Source of the DNA: Eledone cirrhosa
Taxonomy: Eukaryota
Direction of reading: 5' to 3'
DNA length: 64,000 nucleotides
NCBI GenBank assembly: GCA_964016885.1
Contig: OZ024746.1
Coordinates: 81,158,001 to 81,222,000 of the forward strand
Of this stretch, positions 52,453 through 64,000 are shown piece after piece. The translations under genes and the position numbers were made by a program. The notes beneath the pieces are model-generated. The model saw nothing but the letters and a program-made list of their open reading frames with translations, did no database searches and was not told where the DNA came from. How positions within the stretch are numbered: position 1 is the first letter of the stretch; each line of letters opens with the position of its first letter.

Positions 52453-53129
52453 ACTATTTAGCTTTAATATAATGAATATCTAAACTCTACTTCAGTATTG
52501 AGTACTAATTTCTCTCAACCACCATACGAATATATATGTATATATAGTTAAAAAAAAAAAACAACGCATGACTAAGTCTATTTTGAATTTATATTCTAAA
52601 GACTTCCCAGACAGCAGCAAAACAGCACATATATTGCATCTACTTAAAAAGCATTCAAATCCCCTTCAAACATTACCTTATATATGAAGAAAACACATAC
52701 GATCAAAATTTTCCAAAATGGATTACGTAAAAAATTCTGATGTTCTGCGAAATAACGCATTTTTTGTATTAATATAATACAAAAAATTCAATAAAATCCA
52801 TAATAAATTGTCTTTTCTTTGTGAATAGATTCTCACTCAATAATTTTGTTAAATTATATCTATTGTCTTATTAAAATTGGAGTATTGGGGACCGTCTATA
52901 AAATATAGGTATAGGTTGCGCGATTTTTGAAAAATTACTTGGAAAAGTTACTTGGAATTTATGTTTAAATTAAGTAATTAAGTAATTTATGTTTAAATTA
53001 AGTAATTAAGTAATTTATGTTTAAATTAAGTAATGCCATTTTCGAGTGATTTCATAAACTGGACTTCAACCCTAATAACTTTTCATCTGATTTTTCATTG
53101 TTACAAGACGATGCTAGAAATTTAGAGGG

Positions 53130-53470
53130 AGAGATTAGTCAATCAGATAAATTGATCCCAGTACATGACTGATACTTTATTTTATCGAACTCGGAGGCAT
53201 GAAAGGCAAAGTTGATCTCCGTGGTTTGAACTCAGAACATAAAGAGCCGGAACAAATACTGCAAGGCATTTTGCCTTTATCCACCGTCCTCACTAAAAGC
53301 TGAAAGCCAATAATTTGTGGGAGGGAAAAGTAGATTATATCGACTTCAGTATTTATCTGGTATTTTATTTTTATTGAAACTGGAAGAATGAAAAGCAAAG
53401 TTGACCTCGGCAGAATTTGATCTCCGAACACAAAGAGCCGGAACAAATATTTCAAGACATTTTCTCCAAT
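53130..53470 (-). mobile_element. Two tandem octopus-type SINEs
   Basis: Two reverse-complement cores ATGAAAGGCAAAGTTGA..TTTGAACTC. Confidence 0.7.
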
Positions 53471-53899
53471 GTTCCACTGATTCTCCCTATACACCGTTCT
53501 CAACACTTATATAATAAAAATAATATTAAAAAAAAATTGTTTTGTTTTCTTAAGAGTCATTTACGTCTAAGAGAGAAAAAAAAGCTAAACGTCTGTGTAT
53601 ACAAACCCCTGTGTTTATATACACCGGGTTTGAATTACATTACCTGCAAAGAATGTAGAGTATTTATTACAGTCGTACTTTAATAACGAGGAGAGAAACA
53701 GCAAGTGGTGGAGGTGGGGGGGGGGGGGTGTTACTCTTCTATATGCGGTTGTTTCTTTCTTTCTTTCTTTTTTTCACAGGTGGATCACATTGGTCAAGGA
53801 GCAACAAACACATCAATAACAAACATGTGTGTTTGTATGTATGTATGTATGTATGTATGTATGTATGTATGTATGTATGTATGTATGTATGTATGTATG

Positions 53900-54170
53900 T
53901 GCCTTTGCTTACTATAAAAGCTTCACGGCACAGGCATTGCTTTATATCTGGAGATCTCTCTGCATTTGTCGTCACATGGTACCAAGGGCCCAGCACTATC
54001 TGTCAATAATTGTCACAAGTGTAGTGTTTGTACCAGAGTTTTCAAGTCTCTGGCTGGACTAAAAAGTCACACTCGTTCAGCTCATCGGTAGGGGTTCTCC
54101 TACATGGATATAAAGTAGTGGCCGTACTCGAAAACGAGTTGACAGCCACCATGTGTGTATGTATGTATGT
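53900..54170 (+). mobile_element. RTE LINE 3' end (copy of 45645-45900) inserted in (TATG)n
   Basis: HKCSVCTRVFKSLAGLKSHTRSAHR*; (TATG)n on both sides. Confidence 0.7.
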
Positions 54171-54324
54171 TGTATGTATGTACGTATGTATGTATATTTG
54201 TACACACGCACATACACACACACATAGATAGATAGATATAGAGAGAGGGGGGTGAGAATCATATGTATATACATATGAGACGGACGTACGAACAAACACG
54301 TATACATCTATGAATAGAAATTAC

Positions 54325-54373
<49 letters not shown>

Positions 54374-54385
54374 GTATAAAGAATT

Positions 54386-54471
54386 GGGACCCGACGGCTG
54401 AGCTATTGCCGTTTCAACTGTTAGTTCCTGAATTTGCTGTTGAAACGGCAAGAGCTCAGCCGTCGGGTCCC
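54386..54471. repeat. 33-bp-arm hairpin containing the 3' half of a hammerhead (GAAA-cggc..gccg-TC)
   Basis: gggacccgacggctgagctattgccgtttcaac / gttgaaacggcaagagctcagccgtcgggtccc. Homologue on the - strand at 24391-24469. Confidence 0.7.
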
Positions 54472-54522
54472 GACACTTTATAATATAACCATACTCTACT
54501 ACCCCAAGAATCGCGTACTTTA

Positions 54523-54563
<41 letters not shown>

Positions 54564-54861
54564 CACCGTATGGCATAAATTCAGGCTGTTCAGTTTGTTT
54601 ACAGACGAACAAAGCGACGTTAGCGCCGCTAAACTGATACGTGCATATATGTATGTGTACCTGTATGCATATGTATGTATATGTGTATATATATATATAT
54701 ATGTGCATGCTACTGTACGTCTGTATACATATATGTATGTACGTATACATGCATACTTACATTTAAGTAAGTGCCATACTAAGAGTGAGAAATGAAATTT
54801 CGTTTTCATTTTGTTTCAATTTATCGTTTTCGGTATGCCTGACCGATTTAACTCACTCAAT

Positions 54862-54869
54862 ATGCAAAT
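54862..54869 (+). promoter_or_regulatory. Octamer ATGCAAAT (repeated at 55328, 55794, 56260)
   Basis: Perfect octamer ~50 nt upstream of the ribozyme stem in each unit. Function is inferred. Confidence 0.4.
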
Positions 54870-54918
54870 TAGGCTGCTCAGCCGTTAATTTTCATAAGGA
54901 AAGTATATACTTTCGAAC

Positions 54919-55005
54919 GTTCAACTATCTGGCAGATGGGTAAACGGTGCTGATGATAGCTAACAAGCTTGAAACTAGTACATCGTTCCTGTGTCAGTGT
55001 TGAAC
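54919..55005 (+). ncRNA. Type-I hammerhead ribozyme, unit 1
   Basis: aacggtg-CTGATGA-t agc taacaa gct t-GAAA-ctag-TA-catcgtt. Extended stem I gttcaac/gttgaac and ctggca/tgtcag. GUA cleavage after 54980. Confidence 0.88.
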
Positions 55006-55384
55006 AAAAAGGTGACGTGGTTGCCTTAACACCGTATGGCATAAATTCAGGCTGTTCAGTTTGTTTACAAACGAACAAAGCGACGTTAGCGCCGCTAAAC
55101 TGATACGTGCATATATGTATGTGTACCTGTATGCATATGTATGTATATGTGTATATATATATATATATGTGCATGCTACTGTACGTCTGTATACATATAT
55201 GTATGTACGTATACATGCATACTTACATTTAAGTAAGTGCCATACTAAGAGTGAGAAATGAAATTTCGTTTTCATTTTGTTTCAATTTATCGTTTTCGGT
55301 ATGCCTGACCGATTTAACTCACTCAATATGCAAATTAGGCTGCTCAGCCGTTAATTTTCATAAGGAAAGTATATACTTTCGAAC

Positions 55385-55471
55385 GTTCAACTATCTGGCA
55401 GATGGGTAAACGGTGCTGATGATAGCTAACAAGCTTGAAACTAGTACATCGTTCCTGTGTCAGTGTTGAAC
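55385..55471 (+). ncRNA. Type-I hammerhead ribozyme, unit 2
   Basis: Identical to unit 1; cleavage after 55446. Confidence 0.88.
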
Positions 55472-55850
55472 AAAAAGGTGACGTGGTTGCCTTAACACCG
55501 TATGGCATAAATTCAGGCTGTTCAGTTTGTTTACAAACGAACAAAGCGACGTTAGCGCCGCTAAACTGATACGTGCATATATGTATGTGTACCTGTATGC
55601 ATATGTATGTATATGTGTATATATATATATATATGTGCATGCTACTGTACGTCTGTATACATATATGTATGTACGTATACTTGCATACTTACATTTAAGT
55701 AAGTGCCATACTAAGAGTGAGAAATGAAATTTCGTTTTCATTTTGTTTCAATTTATCGTTTTCGGTATGCCTGACCGATTTAACTCACTCAATATGCAAA
55801 TTAGGCTGCTCAGCCGTTAATTTTCATAAGGAAAGTATATACTTTCGAAC

Positions 55851-55937
55851 GTTCAACTATCTGGCAGATGGGTAAACGGTGCTGATGATAGCTAACAAGC
55901 TTGAAACTAGTACATCGTTCCTGTGTCAGTGTTGAAC
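55851..55937 (+). ncRNA. Type-I hammerhead ribozyme, unit 3
   Basis: Identical; cleavage after 55912. Confidence 0.88.
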
Positions 55938-56316
55938 AAAAAGGTGACGTGGTTGCCTTAACACCGTATGGCATAAATTCAGGCTGTTCAGTTTGTTTAC
56001 AAACGAACAAAGCGACGTTAGCGCCGCTAAACTGATACGTGCATATATGTATGTGTACCTGTATGCATATGTATGTATATGTGTATATATATATATATAT
56101 GTGCATGCTACTGTACGTCTGTATACATATATGTATGTACGTATACATGCATACTTACATTTAAGTAAGTGCCATACTAAGAGTGAGAAATGAAATTTCG
56201 TTTTCATTTTGTTTCAATTTATCGTTTTCGGTATGCCTGACCGATTTAACTCACTCAATATGCAAATTAGGCTGCTCAGCCGTTAATTTTCATAAGGAAA
56301 GTATATACTTTCGAAC

Positions 56317-56403
56317 GTTCAACTATCTGGCAGATGGGTAAACGGTGCTGATGATAGCTAACAAGCTTGAAACTAGTACATCGTTCCTGTGTCAGTGTTG
56401 AAC
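56317..56403 (+). ncRNA. Type-I hammerhead ribozyme, unit 4
   Basis: Identical; cleavage after 56378. Confidence 0.88.
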
Positions 56404-56682
56404 AAAAAGGTGACGTGGTTGCCTTAACACCGTATGGCATAAATTCAGGCTGTTCAGTTTGTTTACAAACGAACAAAGCGACGTTAGCGCCGCTAAACTG
56501 ATACGTGCATATATGTATGTGTACCTGTATGCATATGTATGTATATGTGTATATATATATATATATGTGCATGCTACTGTACGTCTGTATACATATATGT
56601 ATGTACGTATACATGCATACTTACATTTAAGTAAGTGCCATACTAAGAGTGAGAAATGAAATTTCGTTTTCATTTTGTTTCA

Positions 56683-56767
<85 letters not shown>

Positions 56768-56918
56768 CAAAAGGGATATTATTTGTTGGTAAATCAACAA
56801 ATATAAATGTTTATAACTGATTCGAAGCACTCGACAAGTTTTCTGGAGTATAATATCAATGATATTAATAAATGGGAACTATATTTATAAAACCATATTT
56901 ATTCTATTATATATATTT

Positions 56919-56920
<2 letters not shown>

Positions 56921-57002
<82 letters not shown>

Positions 57003-57072
57003 TGAGAGAAAGAGAGAGAGAGAGAGAGACAGAGACAGAAAGAGAGAGAGAGAGAAAGAAAGAAAGAGAAAG
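56921..57072. repeat. (AG)n microsatellite
   Basis: Direct inspection. Confidence 0.95.
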
Positions 57073-57325
57073 AACGTTAGGAGTTCTACGTGCCATTAAT
57101 TATAGGAAAGAGAGAACTCAATACGTGTGTAGGGTATTTGTGGCAGTTGGAAGCTTCGTCCCACTCGAGAGTCCTCAGACTATACCTCTTACTAGCTGAC
57201 ACCTCTGAATTATACCCTCCTCCTACCCTACGGGGCAATTTTCTTTTATTCTATTTTTTTTTTTGTTACATCCTTTGTTTTTTGTTTTATGTTTGGTTTT
57301 ACACGCAGAAACCTCCATTTGTACA

Positions 57326-57740
57326 GTGGATTGGCAGAGTCGGTAGAGCGTCAGACGCCCTGTTTCGAGACAAAGAGTTACGGCCCTTTAAGTTCCGAGT
57401 TCAAATCCCACCGAGGTTAACTTTGCTTTTCATCCTTACGGGGTCTATAAAATAAAGTACCTGTAACGTACTGGGGTCGATTTAATCGACTTCCCCTCCC
57501 CCCAAATCACTGGCCTTGTACCTATATTAGAAATCATTATTATGTGGTGGTTTGGCAGTATCGGTAGTGGGTCGGACAACATGCTTTGTAGCACAGAGTT
57601 ACGCCCCTTTCTGATCTGAGTTCAAATCCTGCCGAAGTTAACTTTGCCTTTCATCCTTACGGGGTCGATAAAATAAAGTACCAGTAATGCACTGGGTAAT
57701 TGCTGGCCTTGTGCCAAAAGTAGAAACATTTATTATTATT
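57326..57740 (+). mobile_element. Two tandem octopus-type SINEs
   Basis: Heads TGGCAGAGTCGGTAGAGCG and TGGCAGTATCGGTAG, B box GTTCAAATCC, conserved core, (ATT)n tails. Confidence 0.85.
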
Positions 57741-57842
57741 ATTGTCATTATTATCATCATTATCATCATCATCATTATTATTCAACTTTCCCTTGTTAAG
57801 AAAAATGAAAAAATGTTTATGGATTAAATTAATTTTTGCTAA

Positions 57843-58015
57843 TTTTGACACAAGGCCAGCAAATACCCAGTACATTACTGGTACTTTATTTTATCGACCC
57901 CGAAAGGATGAAAGGCAAAGTTAACCTCGGCAGGATTTGAACTCAGTCCGTAAAGGGACGTAACTATGCTGGAAAGCATGGCGTCCGACTCTCTACCGAT
58001 ACTGTCAATCCAACG
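57843..58015 (-). mobile_element. Octopus-type SINE, inverted relative to 57550-57740
   Basis: Reverse-complement core; shares the same internal deletion as the 57550 copy. Confidence 0.8.
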
Positions 58016-58132
58016 CCCGTTTATGGATTAAATTAATGTGGGTATGTGTTGTTTCCAATAATAGATTCCTTATTATAATGTCAAGGGAGAAAGGAACACT
58101 TTGGTGAGATTTCTTTTTCACCTTTTGATTTC

Positions 58133-58145
58133 CTTCTTCTTCTTC

Positions 58146-58184
<39 letters not shown>

Positions 58185-58313
58185 TTTTCTTCTTCTTCTT
58201 CTTCTTCTTCTTCTTCTTCTTCTTCTTCTTCTTCTTCTTCTTCTTCTTCTTCTTCTTCTTCTTCTTCTTCTTCTTCTTCTTCTTCTTCTTCTTCTTCTTC
58301 TTCTTCTTCTTCT
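58133..58313. repeat. (ATT)n(CTT)n compound microsatellite
   Basis: Direct inspection. Confidence 0.95.
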
Positions 58314-60134
58314 TTCAACAGCGGAATTCATCTCAGTCTTTCCGATGGTCCTTTTTTGCTTTAATTTTAGCTTGTATTTCATCTCCCCCATTAACCCTTA
58401 AATACTTGTAAACTCTCTATTCTTTTAAAAAGTCAAAACAGTTTTCAGAATTAGTTACGTCCCTTTTATATTCTGAGTTCAAATCTTGATGTGTGTGACG
58501 TTGTTCTTTGTTCCCCTTGAATCCATAAAGATAAATCCGAATGGAGTAATGGTTTCGTGAAGTACTCAACAGAATAGTCGAAATCTTTCCTTTATGGCTG
58601 AATATTATTTGTAAATATTTGTAATCCACTGTATTTTGCTGTCTAACATGTGGGGAATGTTATATTAATGCGCCCTACCTATTCACCACCTGTTATGTCA
58701 ATAAAATCAACGGAAAAATGCATGATTGTGAGGGTAGCCTTCTACTACTTGTATCAGTGCAAGGTTTGCTGTGAGTGATATACAAGGCCTATAAAAATGC
58801 CATCTCTATAAAAAAAAGCTCTCAGGCTCTTTGAATTCTAAAAGGAGCTCGTCCCTTCTACATTAAACCCGTAGCAGTCTTGTTCCTCTTTGCAAAATTT
58901 CTCTCAGGGGGTCTTTGACCATATCGAATACTAATAGAACATAAATTGGCAACAGCAGTAACTACTGTCGCTTCATTAACAATAAATAAATAAGTAAACG
59001 AGAATGATGACAGCAATGACAACAACAAAACTAACAATAGTAACAATAATAATATAAATATTATAAATTTGAGCGTGGTGGTTAACAAGGCATTTCATCC
59101 TACGCTTTAGCAGCTTCACTAATTCGCCGCCTGTATTTTGAAGGTGGGGTACTTGCCTCGGGGCTCTCGGTGTCCTATTCTGGGTCAGATCCCTTCAGTT
59201 TTGATGATCAGATCTAACCTTTTTAGTTTATAAATCGCATGCTGAGGTTTATATTCATATAATTTGTAAATCAATTTCTAAAAATCGTCTGAGGATTATT
59301 TTACTCAAGTGTTCTTGCTACTGTGTTACCCCAGGTCAGCTTTAATTGACCAGGTCTAAGTTGTAAAGATCATCTTACTGAATTGAATCAACTTCAAACT
59401 GCAAAAAGATTTAAAAGAGGTGAAACAAGGTATCAGTTTGTAAACTAGTGGTTTTAGTCTGCGTACTGAATCAATTGCTTTGTAGAATTTAGTTACGTTC
59501 TTTTATGGCCTGAGTTGAAATTCCATTCGTTCTTCTACACTTTTTTTAATATATATATCCTAGAATCTGGGATATATGAAAAATGTACCAATCAATTACT
59601 GTGGTCAATATACCCCCCACCCCCACATTCTTGCATCAAAAAGGATCAGCAGGTGGAGAAATTGGCAAGTTGTTTGATGGAATCTTTATTGTTATTTCTA
59701 TTAGTTCTGATTTGAAACCACACCGAGGAATAGTTAAGATTCGTTACGTTAAGTATCTCAACTGTTTTTTTTTTTTTCTGACTAAACCCAACAAGGTGCC
59801 TAATAAATTAAATGAATAAAGTTAAGAAATTGTTGATTTGTTGCTTGAGTTCTATTTTATGTTGTTATTGTTTTTCTTTAGAAGAAGAAGAAGAAATTTT
59901 TACAACTACTGCCAGCCCCAAACCATACATAATATCCCTTCCACTCCCCTAACTTCTTATACGTGTGCCAAACTTCTTGTCAAACGCTTTGTGCACAGAG
60001 CTTACGTCCGTTGGTATCAAGTCACACATATATACACATATACATACAACCATCTCTATAAATATACTTCCAACCCCCCTATCTACCGACCTATCTCACT
60101 TACTTGGTAATATGGAAATACATAGAAATCACAT

Positions 60135-60687
60135 CATACATACATACATACATACATACATACATACATACATACATACATACATACATACATACATACA
60201 TACATACATACATACAATCATACATACATGAATACTTACATACATACATAAACACATACATACATAATACATACATACATAGATACATAGATACATACAT
60301 ACATACATACATACATACATACATACATACATACATACATACATGAATACATACATACATACATACATACATACATGCATACATACATACATGAATACTT
60401 ACATACATACATAAACACATACATACATAATACATACATACATACATAGATACATACATACTTACATACATACATACAGCTACACGTACACACACACATA
60501 TAAACATACATACACACGCGCACACATAGATTCACACATATATATACACACACATGCATACACTCACACAAACATACAGACACTTACACACACATACATA
60601 CCGACAGGCACACACACACACGCACACACACACACACCATCATACATACGTGCACACATACACACCATCATACATACGCACACACAA

Positions 60688-60761
<74 letters not shown>

Positions 60762-60780
60762 ACATATATATATACACACA
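60135..60780. repeat. (TACA)n / (CA)n microsatellite region
   Basis: Direct inspection. Confidence 0.9.
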
Positions 60781-61539
60781 GACAAGCACACGTACAAACA
60801 TACATACATACAAACATTCCAGCATACATACAGCTAACTTGAGATTCTTGAAATAGTGAGCTGTCCACAACAAGTTCTTTACTGAGCGGAAGTGTCCCTA
60901 TAGTTAACGAGAGACATTTTAAGACAAAGTCTTCTCGGCGCACTTATTTTACAACACGAGTCAAATTTTTCAAATACTGGCACGCGCTCTGCATTCATGT
61001 GTTCAATTCCTCGGGGTTACGCCTCATATTACATTGTCGTCAGATTTTGAAGACATCCGCTGTTTTTCTTTCTTTTTTTCTTCTTCTTTCTCTTACATTT
61101 GGTGACCAGCAGGCTGGTAAAATCTTGGTTAACACTACTAAAATGTGGATAATACTATTTATTATTGCAATGATTGCAGTCATGTAATACGCTCGTTTAT
61201 TTTTTCTATTACCCGTTTCATTTTGTTTATTTTTCTTTGCTTCCTTTCTTTTTTTTTTACTTTCCCTTTCTTTTTAAATTTTTATTTTATTTTATTTTGT
61301 TTTTGTGAATTTTTGAATTCTTTGAAAAATAAAGCATTTGTGGAATCTAAGACTAAATAATGACGAATATGGAATATCGTTTTAATTTTATTTTTTATTC
61401 ATTTTATTTTTTTTAAATTTTATTGGCTGTTTTTGGCAGTTTTCGAGGAACAAGTGGTAATCTATCAGCCTGCTTGTCTCGAGACCCGGTTTCGATTTTC
61501 ATTTCAATCTTGCTACACTGATATGAATGGATCTCCGAC

Positions 61540-62240
61540 GGTTTCGATGGTGAATGTTCCATTTGCTCGATCAACGGAACAGCTTGTTCATGAAATTAAC
61601 GTGTAAGTGGCTGAGATTTACATAGATATATGTACCCTTAACGTAATTCTCAGGGAGATTCAGCATGGGACAGTTCGTGACAAAGATGGGCCTTTGAATT
61701 ACAGGTACAACCCATCCGAAACACTTCCAAACAGTTTCTGTCTACCTAATTTCATTCACAAGGCATGGGTCAACCTGAAGTTATGGTTAATGTAACTTGC
61801 CCAAGATACCATGCAGTGGGATCGAACACACGGCCTAATGATTGCCCATTGCGCTGTAAATGGTTCTTATGAAACACATGAAAAACAACTTTTCATTTTC
61901 CTTTGCATCTTTTAGAATTTAGTGACTTTATATTCCGACGACTAGTGTCCCAGCTGTTTGATTAACGGAACAACTTGCTCGTGAAATTGGCGTGCATGTA
62001 GCCGAGGATTCCATAACACAACGAGGACACGTAATGTAATCCTCAGGGAGATTCGGCGTGACAGTGAGTGACAAGACTTGTCCTTTGAATTATAAGTACA
62101 ACTCATTTATTACAGTTGAATAGACTGGAGCAAAATAAAACAAAGTGCCTTGCTTAAGGTCACAACTCACCGCCAGGAATCGAAAGTACAATCTTATGAT
62201 CGTGAGCTGAACACCCTAATCATTAAGTAATGCGACTTCA
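61540..62240 (-). mobile_element. Two copies of a second octopus SINE family (relative at ~19990-20260)
   Basis: Repeated AACGGAACAGCTTG..GAAATTAACGTG..CTCAGGGAGATTC..CCTTTGAATTA..GTACAAC block, joined to reverse-complement B-box heads (GGATCGAAC / GGAATCGAA). Confidence 0.6.
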
Positions 62241-63127
62241 GTGTCTTTATACATAGTCAACAAAAAGAAAATAATAATTTTGGGATGAGTTTCCGGTAGA
62301 GACACTGTCCATACATCGTTGAATGAAACACCTAAACATTAAGTTGTCCTTTAAAATATAGGGTTTAGTGCCTTTTAAAAATAAACTGTTTACCCGCTGC
62401 ACGAGTGTTTATAGTTTAATCATTAAGGTATGGGCAATGCCTAGCCTCTAATACTGGTGTGAGGGAAATCTGACCCGAATGTTTGCAAGAGAGTGGAGTC
62501 CACTAAAGTCAACCAGGGATCGGATGGTGTTAAACCGGGCGACGAATTAAGTCTGCCACTGTGAGATTTGAGCTTAATACAACAAAACAACTCATCCGAT
62601 GCTCTAACAATCTCGCCAATCACTGCATCTCACAATGGTGCATCTCACAATGATGAAAAAAAAAAAAGTTGACCGCCAAGGAATTTAAACTCAGAGCGCA
62701 GAACCGAAAAAAAGCGCCGCAAGACATTTTGTCAGTAGCTCTGATGGCACTGCCCATGCGCTATCTGTTGTAAATGGAGTTAGAAATCAAATTCTTTGCA
62801 TATAATCCGTATAAATGTTCTTAAGGCTATTGAAAAACCAACAACTCTGATCGTCATGAAATACATAGCTTTAATTTTCGCATTTAATGTTGTGATGAGA
62901 AAACATGGTTGATGATCATTGAACACAATACGTGTAATTAATTATATTTCGATTTAATTATTTTATTGAAATCCTTGTTAAATAATGCTTTAAATTATCT
63001 TCAGAATATATAGTTCAGTCATAGTAAATATACATACTTTGCTTAATGCTACATATAACTGTTGGCTTATGATTGCAGTCTCAACCTAGTTGTTAGCAGG
63101 AAAGTAGAGATAAAGCAAGTGTGTAAA

Positions 63128-63276
63128 CTTGGTTCAAATCCCACTGAGGTTAGCTTTGCCTTTCATCCTTACGGGGTCGATAAAATAAAGTACCAGCCAC
63201 ACACTGGAGTCGATTTAATCGGCTTTCCCTTCCCCCAAAATTGGTGGCCTTGTGCCTAAATCAAAAACCATTATTA
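63128..63276 (+). mobile_element. Octopus-type SINE (5'-truncated)
   Basis: GGTTCAAATCCCACTGAGGTTAGCTTTGCCTTTCATCCTTACGGGGTCGATAAAATAAAGTACCAG and ATT tail. Confidence 0.8.
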
Positions 63277-63760
63277 CCATATATATTTATGTATATACGC
63301 ATACATATTCATACAGTAATACATATATATATACATACATACACACATACACACATATGTATATATCTATCTATATCTATATCTATATCTATATCTATAT
63401 ATATCTCTCTCTCTCTATATATATATAAAGGGATATATTTATATAAATACACAATTATTTGATATGTATATGTGCCAATGTATACATGATTGTGTGTCGG
63501 TGTGTATGTAAATGGGTATTTGTGCATTTGAGTGTTTATACGTGTGCCTTGAGGTATCGAGTTACCCAAACAAGCTAAGGTGTGTATGCGCGTGCGTCAT
63601 GTAAAGATTGTTTTTCTCTCTGCGAGAATTTACGATGAAAAACAACTTAAATAAAATAAAGAACATTCTCTCTAAAGTAAACGAAAAATGTAAAACGTAG
63701 AAAAAGCAAAGATCACAGGCACGCGGACGAACACATTTACATTAATTATATATATATTAC

Positions 63761-63857
<97 letters not shown>

Positions 63858-63894
63858 TATATGTATATATGTATATATATATATATACATATAC

Positions 63895-63939
<45 letters not shown>

Positions 63940-63940
63940 C

Positions 63941-63980
<40 letters not shown>

Positions 63981-64000
63981 ACATACACACACACACACAC

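Larger units (their letters stand above)
54560..56688 (+). repeat. 466-bp tandem array (~4.6 near-identical units), one hammerhead per unit: non-LTR retrozyme-like satellite
   Basis: Exact period of 466; only isolated substitutions noticed (54604, 55681). Homologous to the 422-bp family. Bounded by (TA)n on both sides. Confidence 0.95.

Noticed and set aside
54560-56688. Repeated 66-112 aa ORFs in the 466-bp (and 61 aa in the 422-bp) units; CRISPR-like reading
   Set aside because: The ORFs run through an internal microsatellite and the largest shared ones are antisense to the ribozyme. The units are identical throughout with no unique spacers, and the context is eukaryotic.

Overview
AT-rich, microsatellite-dense eukaryotic DNA, very probably from an octopus, judged from the abundant tRNA-derived SINE families and long (TA)n/(TACA)n tracts. 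1-19.4 kb holds the last two identifiable coding exons (+ strand) of a GKAP/DLGAP (SAPAP)-family gene; its introns contain SINEs and decayed LINEs. At 28-43 kb a U6 snRNA-like copy is followed by a SINE whose tail runs into a ~11.9 kb indel-free 12-bp satellite and two further simple satellites. The huge ORFs there are repeat artefacts. The main finding is at 46-57 kb. Two related tandem-repeat families (422-bp and 466-bp units) carry one intact type-I hammerhead ribozyme per unit, with a minimal palindromic stem III (GAAACTAGTA), a covarying extended stem I and a conserved upstream octamer. They look like a cephalopod non-LTR retrozyme (circular-RNA-producing satellite) system. Several other hammerhead-bearing, Penelope-like foldback fragments sit nearby in (TA)n tracts. 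All structures were read by eye; no folding or database search was run.
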